In this document: positions 51,649 to 63,200 of the stretch, piece by piece
Layout of the letters: each line of letters starts with the position of its first letter
Numbering within the stretch: the first letter of the stretch is position 1
NCBI RefSeq assembly: GCF_030028105.1
Contig: NC_092398.1
Location: 28,490,424-28,554,423 of the forward strand
Origin: Mobula birostris
Lineage: Eukaryota
DNA length: 64,000 bases
Direction: 5' to 3'
Notes under the pieces: generated by a model
What the model saw: the letters and a program-made list of their open reading frames with translations, nothing else
Databases searched by the model: none
Told to the model about the DNA's origin: nothing
Program-made: the position numbers and the translations under genes

Positions 51649-52490
51649 CAGTGGCATGCAAAAGTTTGGGCACCCCTGGTCAAAATTTCTGTTACTGTGA
51701 ATAGCTAAGTGAGTAAAAGATGAATTGATTTCCAAAAGGCATAAAGTTAAAGATGACATATTTCTTTAATATTTTAAGCAAGAAAACGTTTTTATTTCCA
51801 TTTTTTACAGTTTCAAAATAACAAAAAAGGAAACGGGCCCAAGCAAAAGTTTGGGCACCCTGCATGTTCAGTACTTAGTAACACCCCCTTTGGCAAGTAT
51901 CACAGCTTGTAAACGCTTTCTGTACCAGCTAAGAGTCTTTCAATTCTTGTTTGGGGGATTTTCGCCCATTCTTCCTTGCAAAAGGCTTCTAGTTCTGTGA
52001 GATTATTGGGCTATCTTGCATGCACTGCTCTTTTGAGGTCTATCCACAGATTCTCGATGATGTTTAGGTCAGGGGACTGTGAGGGCCATGGCAAAACCTT
52101 CAGCTTGCGCCTCTTGGTGTAGTCCATTGTGGATTTTGAGGTGTGTTTAGGATCATTATCCCGTTGTAGAAGCCATCCTCTTTTCATCTTCAGCTTTTTT
52201 ACAGACGGTGTGATGTTTGCTTCCAGAATTTGCTGGTATTTAATTGAATTCATTCTTCCCTCTACCAGTGAAATGCTCCCCGTGCCACTGGCTGCAACAC
52301 AAGCCCAAAGCATGATCGATCCACCCCCGTGCTTAACAGTTGGAGAGGTGTTCTTTTCATGAAATTCTGCTCCCTTTTTTCTCCAAACATACCTTTGCTC
52401 ATTGCGGCCAAAAAGTTGTATTTTAACTTCATCAGACAACAGGACTTGCTTCCAAAATGCATCAGGCTTGTTTAAATGTTCCTTTGAACA
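51649..52490 (-). mobile_element. Tc1 (DD34E) transposon, 5'-truncated; 3' IR/DR-type TIR
   Basis: SDE...KHGGGSIMLW...DNDPKH..(34 aa)..SPDLNIIENLW; TA + CAGTGGCATGCAAAAGTTTGGGCACCC at 51647; direct repeat AAAAGTTTGGGCACCC at 51660 and 51845. Confidence 0.93.
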
Positions 52491-52494
52491 AATT

Positions 52495-53070
52495 AGTCAG
52501 GGGATTGAGTTCAAATGAGTCGCAACATAATGTTCCAGCTCTAAAAACACTCACTTGGAATATTGTGCTCTCTTCTCTTTGCCTCATTGGAGAAAGGAAG
52601 TGGAAGTATTTTTTAGAGAGGGTGCAGAGGAGATTTACCGGGAAACTGCCTGGATTAGAGAGCATGTATTATGATGACAAACTGAGTTCCCTAGGGCTTT
52701 TCTCTTTGCAGTGAAGGAGGACAAGAGGTGACTTAATAGAATTGTACAAGATGATGAGGGAGATTGATCGAGTGGACAGTCAGCATCTTTTTCCCAGGAC
52801 AAAGTGGCTAATACGAAGGGGCATAATTTTAAGGTGATTGGAGGAAAGTATAGGGGAGATGTCAGGGGTAAGAATGGTGGGTGCATGGTTGTGGTAGAGG
52901 CAGATACATTAGGGACATTTAAGAGACTCTCAGATAGGCACATTGAGAAAAAATGGAGGGCTATATGGGAGGGGAAGGATAGATTGATCGTAGAGTAGGT
53001 TAAAAGGTCAGCACAACATTGTGGGCTGAAGGGCCTGTACTGCGTTGGAATGTCCTACGTTCTATGTTCC
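52495..53070 (+). mobile_element. CR1 LINE 3' fragment
   Basis: LERVQRRFTGKLPGLE..LGLFSL and CR1 tail. Confidence 0.85.
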
Positions 53071-55448
53071 CGGAGCACCTGGGAGAAACCTGTTCAGTCA
53101 GAGTGAGATGGCGTAAAGTACACACTCAAACACTCCGGAGGGCGGGTTTGAACACCCCGGTGCTACGGGGCAGCGGTTCTAATCAGCGTGCAGCCCTGTG
53201 CAGGGGAACAGCTTCACAAGTGACATCAAAGACAGTCGTCCATCTGTGAGGACAAAGGTGTTGACCTTCCTTCCCCCTGAATGACTGGATGCACCCAATG
53301 TGTGACTGCTGGAAACGTGAGCTCACGGTACTGGTAATTCTATCAGCACTGGCTGTGAGGTCCCAATGACACACACAAGTGGGTTTCCCTGTCTGGGGCG
53401 TTACATAAACCACTCATTATTTATTTTCTATATTATTATTTCTGTATTTTATTTTAACAAATTATTTCTGTATTAAAGTTCAAAGTAAATTTATTATCAG
53501 AGAACATACATGTCACCATTTACAATAGAACAAAAAAATATTTATTTACAGTACTGTGCAGAAGTCTTGGCCTTCCTAGATTTTTTAACATACATTTTGT
53601 TTTAGATGTTTACCTTTTGTCTTCTGCATTAGTGTATCAGTAGAAAAGGGCAAATTTTAGATCTCTAAACACTCAATTTCCAAAACATTACATGTTACAG
53701 AGAAATGTTTCCATTTTCTTAAAGAAAGTAACATGTTAACTATTAGAAAGTTTCAAATAAAAACTTGATTACTTTGTCAGTATCTATCCCAGTGTCAGAT
53801 TGAACAAAAGTAACAGGTGCTAATGATCAATGATGTAATGAGCTGAATAAACTAAACTGATTATCCGAAATAGAATTGGGTGTGGAAGGAATCAAAAGGT
53901 CAACCAAACTAAAGGGTGAGGGTGTGGCAGATCTGTCATTTTAACCTTCAAAGTATCAATTCTTCCACCGCGGCAAGAGTGAAGATAACAACGAGAGGTG
54001 GTTCAGTGATGGGGTGAATGAAATTGAGTGAAGTTGTCCCCTCTGGTTCAGGGACCAGATGGTCAAGGGGTAACAATGGGTCCTGAACCTGGAGGCTGCT
54101 GCACCTTCTTCCCAATGGCAGCAGTGAGACAAGAGCTTGTCCTGGGGAGTGGGGGTCCCTGATGATGGATGCTGCTTTCCTGCAACAGTACTCTGTGTAG
54201 ATGTGCTTGGTGAATATATAAATTACATACAGTACTGTGCAAAGATCTTGGGCACATATGTATAACTAGGGTGCACTTTTTACACGGTACTGCAATTTTG
54301 CACAGACTGCACAGTACTGCTTTTGTCAACGTGGAGCGGAGAGTGAGTTTGTAAATCTGGTGGGAGCAAAGAATATTGGGAATGGTAAGGGTGGAGCTCC
54401 GCGGGAGGTGTGTGGGGCAGCTGGCAGAGAAGGAGTGCCGGGAGTGGGGGTCGGCACGGTATCATTTGATTGGTTTATTGATCATTACAAAATATCTCTC
54501 TGGTGCTTCCTGCTCCCGTCCAATTCTACACTGCCATCACAGAGAGAATGCTCACATCATCCACCCATCACACACTGTCAGAATCTTTTCACAGTATATA
54601 AAAACTACTGAACTGTCAGGTCAGGAGAACTGTGGGACAGTGCGGAGGGAGCTTCACTCTGTGTCTGACCCTGGGAGTGTGTGATGGGACGGTATGTGAA
54701 AAATAATAACAATAATAAATAAATATCAAGAACATGAGATGAAGAGTGCTTGAAAGTGAGCCCATAGGTTTTGGGAACATTTCAGTGATGGGGCAATGGA
54801 ATTATCCACACTGGCTCAGGAGCCTGATGGTTGAAGGGTAATTACTGTTCCTGATTCTGGTGGTGTGAGTTCTGTGGCTCCTGTATCTCCTTCTTGATGG
54901 CAGCAGCAAGAAGAGAGCATGTCCTGGGTTGTTATAATTGTTAAATGTTGCTGTTTTTTCGTTGCATGTCACACCCTGATCAACACACCACAGCATCTTG
55001 ACCATCTCCTCTCACTGTCTCCTGAAGCCTCAGGTCCCACACTAACAGGTTCAGGAACAGTTATTACCCCTCAGCCATCAGGCTCCTGAACCAGTGTGGA
55101 TAACTTCACTCACCCCAACTCTGAACTGATTCCACAACGAATAGACTCACTTTCAAGGACTCTACAACTCGTGTTCTCAGAATTATTTGTTTGTTTATTT
55201 ATTATTTTGAACTTTGACTAAGATTAACAGAGTGAAGCTACCTCCACTCTGTCCCATCACCCACTCCCGGGGTCAGACACAGATTGCAACTCCCTCCACA
55301 ACATCCCATCACACACTCCTGGGGCCAGACACTGAGTGAAGCTCCCTCCACACCATCCCATCACACACTCCCGGGCTCTGAGTTTATAAATTTTATACAT
55401 CTTCATTCCAAACTGGTGTTTAGCTGATGATCCGTGCTCACTTTAGAT

Positions 55449-55454
55449 TTTATT
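55449..55454 (-). terminator. polyadenylation signal AATAAA of the MHC alpha gene
   Basis: TTTATT on the plus strand about 60 nt downstream of the predicted stop, just before a minisatellite. Confidence 0.6.
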
Positions 55455-55513
55455 TCACTTGGACAATATAAAAACAGTTTCTATTTTGCATTTCCTTTTC
55501 ACATCATTAATTC

Positions 55514-55553
55514 TCACACTCCCAGGTGCAGGTGATAGTGTTCAGAAACTTCC
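55514..55553 (-). CDS. cytoplasmic tail / terminal exon (coding part)
   Basis: Strong acceptor ttttcctttttctttcacgttttctgcag. Phase-2 joining gives (R)EVSEHYHLHLGV-stop (TGA 55516-55514), followed by an AT-rich UTR with AATAAA. The frame depends on whether a micro-exon at 55844-55875 is used. Confidence 0.72.
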
Positions 55554-58500
55554 CTGCAGAAAACGTGAAAGAAAAAGGAAAAGACAGGTTAGACACAGAG
55601 TGACTGATAGATGTGAGCAAGGCAAAGTTTTTCACTGTACTTCGAGACATGTGACAACGATGAACCAATTTTCGTTTGCTGGTTACAGGTCTGTGGGACT
55701 GTCAGACAAGACTTAGACTGGAAAGGTGACTTGCTGACTGTGGTAAAATTGGCAACAGTGCAAAGTCTGACCAATCACTTCAGAAAACGTCAGCGGCACT
55801 CACCTTCCCCTGTGTTGTTTCTACCTGTCAGGAGGTTACTTACTGCAGAATCTCCCCGAGCAAACTCCTCCCCGCCTGCAAGAGAACACACCGAAGCTGA
55901 AACCCCTGATTCACAAACGTTGGGAAACTTCAGGGAAATAGGGGGATGAGAAGATGAATCTGTGGTGAACCAAAACAAGTGTCGGGGGATGTCAGGAGGT
56001 TGTTTTTACTGAGGTGTGGATGAGGATGTTTACACAGAGGCAGGAGATTAGGGCTGAGAGGAAAAATGGATTGGCCATGATGAAATGGTGGAGCAGACTC
56101 GATGGGCCAAATGGCCTCATTTTCCTCCTTTGTCTTATGGATGCATGGAAGGCGCTGTCAGGGGTGGTGGTAGGTACATTAGGGGAATTTATGGAATTCT
56201 CAGACAGGCAAATGGATAATTGAAAAAAATGGAGGGCAATGTGGGAGGGAAGGGTTAAATCGAAGTTGGAGTGGGTTAAAGGGTCAGTACAACATCTTGG
56301 GCTGAAAGGCCTGTACTCTGCTGTAATGGTCGATATTCTGTTTGGGGGATGAGAGGGTGGATCCGTCGCAGAGATGAATGAGGTCCTCACCTTTTGTGCA
56401 TCGCTCTGCCCAGGTACAGTGTTACCAGCGACCCGATAACTCCCACTGTGACTCCGACTGCACAGACAATAATCCCGGATGTGGGCACAGGAGGAGGCAG
56501 ATCTGTGGGGTAAAGTCAGGACGGAAAATTGAGTCCAAATTCGGCACGTCCCTGAGGACTCTGACCAGCTTTTTTTTTTAGATGTACCCCGGATTGCATC
56601 CTATCTCGATCACAACACGTCACAGAACCAATATCCTCTCCATGGACTCTGTCTACACTTCCCGCTGCCTCAATAAAGCAGCCTGTATAATCAAAAACCC
56701 CTCCCACCCTGGGCATTCTCTCTTCTCCTCTCCCCCTTTGGGCAGAAGGTACAAAGGCCTGAAAGCACGTCCCACCAGGCCCAAGGACAGATTCTGCCCG
56801 CTTGAAGGGAGCCCTTGCGTGTTAAAGCTCTTGATGTCTTTCGAACTTTATTTGTTAACCTGCAGCTCACTTTCTCTGCAACTGTTTAAACTATATTCCT
56901 TAAAGAATTTATCTTTTTCCAGATATAGCCTGGTACCAGGCCCTTCTAGTACTGGATGCTGCTACTGAAGATGAGTGACAGCTTACTGGTGGTACATAAA
57001 GCAAGAAACACAACTAAATATTTTATTAATAAGACCTTTCCTGTGGAAAATCGTAGTAAACAGTCGCGGCAAACCATGAAGGGGCACGCGGGTGCGATGC
57101 AAAGTCGGAGCGAGGTCTAGGTCAGGTGAAGGCTGAAACGTGGGTCCGGGCTCAGAGAATATTGGCGTGACAGGGCCTAGGTCCTGGAGAGGGTAAACGC
57201 CCCAGTGTTTGGACAATGTGAACGCCAGGCCAAATGGATTGAAAATACAGGGTGTCGGCACCGGAGGTGAGGGTCGGGCCGGTTCTGCTCACCACCCCGC
57301 TATGCTCACTCTGCTCTCTGCTGAGGCCGAGGCTGTGGGCCTACTCCAGGCTTCATGTCCGTGAGCTCCACTGCACCGTCAACTGAGGCTCTATGTCTTT
57401 CCTTCTAAATGCTGCTGCTTGCTTTTAACGTTTGCACGAATTATGTCTTTTTTTTCTTTCTTTGGGTGTTAATTAGTGTTTTGTTAATGAGTTCTTTTGG
57501 GCTTCTTGTTTTGTGGCTGCCTGTAAGGAGACGAATCTCAAGGTTGTATAATTTATACATATTTTGACAACAAATGCACTTTGAACTTTGAACTTCGAAC
57601 GAGCCCATGCTGCCCAATCACACCAATGTGATCAATTTAACTATTAACTCAGCACCCATGTGACCAATTAGCCGACTGATCTATACATCTTTGGGATGTG
57701 GGAGAAACTGTTGTATCTAATATTTCAAAGACATTTGAGTAAACTTGAATATATATTGGTTGATGCAGCATTCTTTTTGTTTAAATAATTCATTATGAGT
57801 TATATGTACAAATACGTGAATTGCATACGTCAGCAGGCGACTGCGTGATACGTGCGCACCTCACTTAAAGTAAACATCAATTTGATCAGCATTTTGGGGA
57901 ATGCATCGGTATTTACAGGGGGTCCCGGGGAGTGTGTCAGTATTTACAGGGGGTCCCGGGGAGTGTGTCAGTATTTACAGGGGGTCCCGGGGAGTGTGTC
58001 AGTATTTACAGGGGGTCCCGGGAAGTGTGTCGGTATTCACAGGGGGTCCCGGGCAGTGTGTCTGTATTTACAGGGGTCCCGGGGAGTGTGTCAGTATTTA
58101 CAGGGGGTCCCGGGGAGTGTGTCAGTATTTACAGGGGGTCCCGGGGAGTGTGTCGGTATTTACAGGGGGTCCCGGGGAGAGTGTTGGTATTTATGGGGTG
58201 TATCGGGAAGTGTGTTGGTATTTATAGGGGGTCCCAAGGAGTGCGTTGGTATTTACGGGGTGTCCTGGGGAGAGTGTCGGTATTTATAGGGGGTCCCGAG
58301 GAGTGTGTCAGTATTTACAGGATCTTTGAAGTTGTATCAGGATTGCAAAAGTCTCATGAATGTTGATAAAATCTAGCAGACTGTAAGGATGTCAGGATTG
58401 AGAGGCCTTGATGTTTACAGCTTTGCTCCATAACAGAAACCTTGGTTTTGGATACGTGACCCATGGTATTCTCTCCCTGCCCCTTTCCCAGCCAACATAC

Positions 58501-60294
58501 CTAGTGAGACGGTCAGCCCTTCCTCAAGGCTGACATGTGCTGCCCGACAGCTGAATGTGTCCCCGTCCTTTGGTTCGATCCCAATGTATTTGTAGACGTT
58601 GAAGGTCCAGTCTGGCTCCACCACCAGCTGCGATGATCGGACAGGCCCGGTGAACGGCTGCCCGTTGATCAGGAAGCTGAGCTCAATCTCGAAAGGGTAG
58701 AAGTTCTCAGCGTAACAGTACAGGGTGTTCGACTTCTCTGGAGCATAGTCGTCTTCCGTGTAGATGTGGACAGTGGGTTTCTCTGGAACACAGAGCAAAG
58801 GTCACCATGAACAGGTCAAATGTAAAGGTAAATGTGGAAAGGCCAGCGTGAATGGGGCAAAAGTAACTGTGAATGACCACAGGTTTGTCCTGAACACAAC
58901 TAAATCTGTCCCTGAAGTTCTGGGCAAATCAGGCGTAAGAGGGCCTCAAAGCTTCAGAGAAGGGATATGTAAAGGTTTAGCGAAAAGGCAAAGATCAGGG
59001 ATATGGAAAGGTTTAGTGAAAGGTCAAAGATCAGGGATATGTAAAGGTTTAGCAAAAGGGCAAATATCAGGGATATGGAAAGTTTTAGCGAAAGATCAGG
59101 GATATGGAAGAGTTTAGCAAAAGGGCAAAGATCAGGGATATGTAAAGGTTTAGTGAAAGGGCAAAGATCAGGGATATGTAAAGGTTTAGTGAAAGGGCAA
59201 AGATCAGGGATATGGAAAGGATTAGTGAAGGGGCAAAGATCAGGCAGATATACGAAAAGGACAGAATTGCAGCTGGCAGAGCCACTGCCTCATCCAGCTG
59301 ACAGAGCCAGACGATGTGGTGGAGGAGGGTGCTATTGGACTGAAAGACAATTAGACAGGTACACAGATAGGCAAGATACATTGGCCAAATGCAGCTGAGG
59401 GCGTCTAGTTCAGTTCAGAATGGATCACGAGAAGGTTCGAAATGTTTATAAAATTGAACTATTCACAAATGTTCACAAGTAAGTGTTGAGTTGTATGAGA
59501 TGCCGTTGAGGCCTAATTTGGAGCATTGTGTGCATTTCTGGTCACCTGTCTACAGGAATGATATCAATAAGATTGAAAGAGTGCAGAATAAACTTATGAG
59601 GACTTGGGGACTTGAGGACCGGAGTTATTGGGAAAGGTTGAATAGGTTAGGACTTTACTCCCCGGAGTGTAGGAGAATGAGGAGAAGATTTGATTGAGAT
59701 AAACAAAATTATGAGGGGTGTAGAGAAACTAAACACAAGCAGGCTTTTTCCGCTGAGGTCGGGCGAGACTGGAGCTGGAGTTTGTGAGTTGAGAGTTAAG
59801 GGTGAAGTGAAAGGGAACCTCAGAGGTGTTGAGAATGTGGAAGGAGCTGCCATCAGAAGCGATATTTGTAACTTTGATTTCAATATTTAAGAGATGCACC
59901 TGGATGGGAGGGGCACGGAGGGTGATGGCCCGGGCGCACGCCAATTGGTTGATGGTTCGGCATGGGCTAGATGGGCCGAAGGTCCCGTTTCTGTGCGCTA
60001 TAACTCTGCGCGGCGACTCACTTTTCAGGACGCTCGAACCGTTGGTGAACTTCATCATCTCCTTGGTGATGCCCTGCTGCCAGGTCTGGATCCCGCTCGA
60101 CCTCTCCTTGAAGTGGTTCACCTCATCTTGGCCGAGCTCCTTTACCCCGTCTGTCTGAACTCCCTTGATGAAGAACATATGGCGCTGGTAATCGTAGAAG
60201 AGAAAGGGAGAGGTGTTCGCATCGAAGATGTGGCCGTTGGTTTCGGAACTCGGGCTGTAGCTGTAATACAGCCTTTCTGAGACGCTTTTAAACA
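55514..60294 (-). CDS. WA: MHC class-II-like alpha chain, probable W-category alpha (WA); 5'-partial, exons 60294-60022, 58782-58501, 56502-56391, 55553-55514
   Basis: Four exons with AG/GT boundaries join in frame (phases 1,1,2) into about 235 aa with no internal stop: alpha1 + C1-set Ig alpha2 + TM with CxxGxxxGxxG + short tail. AATAAA lies about 60 nt after the stop. The W-category assignment rests on beta2m-like residues in alpha2. Leader exon not found. Confidence 0.85.
56391..56502 (-). CDS. connecting peptide/transmembrane exon, 112 nt, phase 1-2
   Basis: Acceptor cctgactttaccccacag, donor AAAG|gtgagg. Reads DLPPPVPTSGIIVCAVGVTVGVIGSLVTLYLGRAMHK, matching the class II alpha TM motif CALGLxVGLVG. 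Not shown by the ORF track; translated by hand. Confidence 0.92.
57905..58320 (+). repeat. 31-bp minisatellite in the alpha2-TM intron, about 13 units
   Basis: Unit gggggtcccggggagtgtgtcagtatttaca, degenerating rightwards. Confidence 0.95.
58501..58782 (-). CDS. alpha2 Ig C1-set domain exon, 282 nt, phase 1-1
   Basis: Acceptor ctttgctctgtgttccag, donor CTAG|gtatgt. KPTVHIYTEDDYAPEKSNTLYCYAENFYPFEIELSFLINGQPFTGPVRSSQLVVEPDWTFNVYKYIGIEPKDGDTFSCRAAHVSLEEGLTVSL has two Cys separated by 55 aa plus FYP and CxxxH motifs. 282 nt is the usual class II alpha2 exon size. Confidence 0.95.
58955..59250 (+). repeat. 36-bp minisatellite in the alpha1-alpha2 intron, about 8 units
   Basis: Unit aaaggtttagtgaaagggcaaagatcagggatatgt. 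Confidence 0.93.
60022..60294 (-). CDS. alpha1 (peptide-binding-type) domain exon, 273 nt, phase 1-1
   Basis: Acceptor cttctttctcactttattccaag, donor AAAA|gtgagt. Translation FKSVSERLYYSYSPSSETNGHIFDANTSPFLFYDYQRHMFFIKG...EMMKFTNGSSVLK resembles the class II alpha1 pattern (FYQSYGPSGQYTHEFDGDE..) and has an NGS sequon at 60035-60043. An alternative in-frame acceptor at 60276 would give 255 nt. Confidence 0.85.
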
Positions 60295-63200
60295 CTTGGA
60301 ATAAAGTGAGAAAGAAGTTAGGTACCGTATATGCCCACCCTTTCCTCGATCACGTCCAAAATAAATAAATTATCAAAGTACATCTACAATCACTGGCCAC
60401 GTTATGAGGTACACCTGCTCGTAGTACTCAGCCAATCACATGTCAGCAGCTCAATGCGTAAAAGCATGCAGGCATAGTCAAGAGGTTCAGTTGTTGTTCA
60501 GACCAAACATCAGAATGGGGGAAGAAATGTGATCTAAGTGACTATGGAAAGATTGTTGGTGCCAGACGGGGTGGTTGGAGCATCTGAGAAGCTGCTGATC
60601 TCCTGGGATTTTCACCTGCAACTGTCTCTGGAGCAGTGGTTCCCAACCCGGGTCCATGGGCCTTTGATTAATGGTTGGGGTCCAATCCACAAAACAGGTT
60701 GGGAACCCCTGTTCTAGAGTTTACAGAGAATGGTGTGAAAAACAAAAAGCTGAAAAAAAAAATCCAGCGAGCAGCAGTTCTGTGGGCAAAAACGGCTTGT
60801 TAATGAGAGAGGTGAGAGGAGAATGGCCAGACTGCTTCAAGCTGACAGGAAGGCAACGGTAACTCAAATAATCACACGTTACAGCTGTGGTGTGCCGAGG
60901 AGCATTTCTGAGCACGCAGCACGTTAGAGCTGGTAGTGGCTAGGCTACAGCAGCACATAAACTTAGTGACTGTCGTGGAAATATTAACTGGGAGCACCTG
61001 AGTGACCTTGAGTTTCGTTTTAAGAGTTTATTAACGTGATAGCATGGAGGGCCTGCAGCAGTCTCCACCGCCAACAGAGCTCTATCTTTTAGGTTAAACA
61101 TAGCTCACCATATACTACCCTGAGATTCATTTTCTTACAGGCCTTCAGAGTTTTGTTGAGGCCCTCCGTTGGTCGGGGACAACTCTTATTGCATCCTAGC
61201 GGTCTACATGGTATGCAAGCCAGGGCAGTCCGATATGGAGCGCAAGCTGTTGCCCCTGTCGCAAGCTTCCCCTCTCCACGCAGCCGTGAATCCAAAGGAA
61301 CGGCGGAGACCGATACAGTTTGGCACCAGCCAGTGTTACTCGTGTTGCCAATCAGCATTTAACTCAACGTGGGGACTCCAGCTCCGGATAACTCCTCGGA
61401 GTTTATTCCCGAAGCCTAGCCCATGACTGGGTATAGCCTCAAGGCAGCAGAGGTTTGAGGGCTTTCCTTCTACAAGATGAGCTGCCAACCACATCTGCCC
61501 GAAGCGACTGGTTTTAAGGTGCCAGTCACCCGCCTTTGCCCTTTCTCCAATGGGTTTAGTAGCTAAGCCACACGTGAAAGCCAAGAGCTGGACTTGGTTG
61601 TCAGAGGCTATTGGAGGCGCACGACATTGGGAGCATTTAATAGATAGTAGGAGCTTATTCCCACTACCTCTCCGGGCTATGGGAACTTTAAGGAGCCTAA
61701 TGAAAAGCTACAAAGACTTACCAGCAACCAATGTGCAAAAAAGAAAAGTGTGCAAATGCAACAAAAAAAGATAAATTAGTAAATAAATAATACTGAGAAC
61801 GCGTAGAGTCCTTGAAAGTGAGTCTGTAGGTTGTGGAATCGGTTCAGTGCGGAGGTGAGTGAAGTTCTCCACACAGTGAAGAAGCTAGCATGCAGACTCA
61901 CTCCCAAATAAACAAAATTCCATTCTTCATACTGTACAGCCCCTGCGGGAGGGACACTGACCAAGAACATTTGCTCCTCTTTCAGCGAGTTCGGACTGTT
62001 GTTAGTCATTCAGGGACCAACAGACATACATTTGGACCAGAATCTGGCCATTCAGCCCATTGAGTCTGCTTTGCCATTCCATTGTGGCTGACTTATTATA
62101 TGTCTCAATCCCATTCTCCGGCCTTCTCCTCGTAACCTTTGACACCCTTGCTAATCAGGCCCCTGGTTTAAATATACTCAATGACTTGGTGTCCACAGCC
62201 CCATCTGCGGCAATGGATTCCACAGATTCATCACCCTCTGGATAAAGAAATTCCTTTCAATATCCAATAGGTTTCAGTGAGATCTCTCGAACCCGCCCCC
62301 CTGCCCCGCGGCTCCTAATTCTTCTAAACTCCAGCGAGAACAGGCCTAGAGCCATCAAATGTGCCTCGCACACTAATCCGTTCATTCCCAGGATAATTCC
62401 TGTGAAGTTCCCCTGGATCCTCTCCAATGCCGGCACATCACTTCTTCGAGAAAAGGCCCAAGACAGTTCCATTTTCCCAGGCCAGACTTGCCTAATGCAA
62501 GGGAGCATAACGTTAAAGTGACTGGAGATGTTAGGGTCAAAAACAGATGGTGTGTCCTAGCTATCGTTATACGCAAGCCAGGGCAGTACGATATGGGGAG
62601 CAAGCTGTTACCCATGTAACAGGCTTCCCCTCTCTACGCAGCTGATGAATCCAAAGGAACGGCAGACGCCGATACCGTCAGGCATCAGCAGCACCGCAGG
62701 CGTTGCCAGTCAGTGCTGAAATCAACGTCGGACTGTCTTACGGACTCCAGCTCTGGATTTTCCCCTTGGGGTTTACTCCCCATGAGTGGGTATAGCCCCA
62801 AGGCATCAGAGGTTTGAGATCAGAGTTTTCCTTCTCCTATACCAGCTTCCAATGTCGGCCGATGAACCCCATCTGCCTGATGCAGAGGTAGTTTTTTAAA
62901 CACAGACTATGTGGGTATGTGGAACACCCTGCCAGGGGCAATGGGAGAGGAAAATTCCTTAAAGACATTTAAGGAACTCAGATGGATGATAGAAAAATGG
63001 AGGGTTACATTGGAGAGAAGAGTTAGATTGATCTTAGAGTAGGTTAAAACCTTGCCACAACATTGAAGGTCGAAGGACCTGTTCTGTTCTAAGTTCCATT
63101 TTCTATGTAAAGATGCTCACGATACTCCAGTTGTGGTCTGACCAATGCAGATTCAGGTATTGGTCAGATGACACTTGGAGTATCCAGGGAGCCTGAGTTC

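Noticed and set aside
55850-55861. RGDS integrin motif in the cryptic exon frame
   Set aside because: Depends on unproven splicing and is not conserved in the paralogous copy (LGDS).
57852-59398. Repetitive ORFs (GVPGSVSVFTGGPGEC..., KGLVKGQRSGIC...) as proteins
   Set aside because: They are translations of 31-bp and 36-bp intronic minisatellites, open in several frames.
59729-60021. C-terminal extension of ORF 59729-60295 as part of the protein
   Set aside because: A consensus donor at 60021 ends the exon; the remainder is CR1-derived intron.
61040-61100. Plus-strand ATG exon MEGLQQSPPPTELYLL as first exon of a head-to-head beta gene
   Set aside because: Not hydrophobic, weak GTTAAA donor, and no downstream beta exons.
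61902-61990. Candidate WA leader exon ending at a GA|GTGAGT donor
   Set aside because: The phase-1 frame gives only MEFCLFG after an in-frame stop, too short for a signal peptide. The longer MFLVSVPPAGAV frame is phase 0 and incompatible with alpha1.
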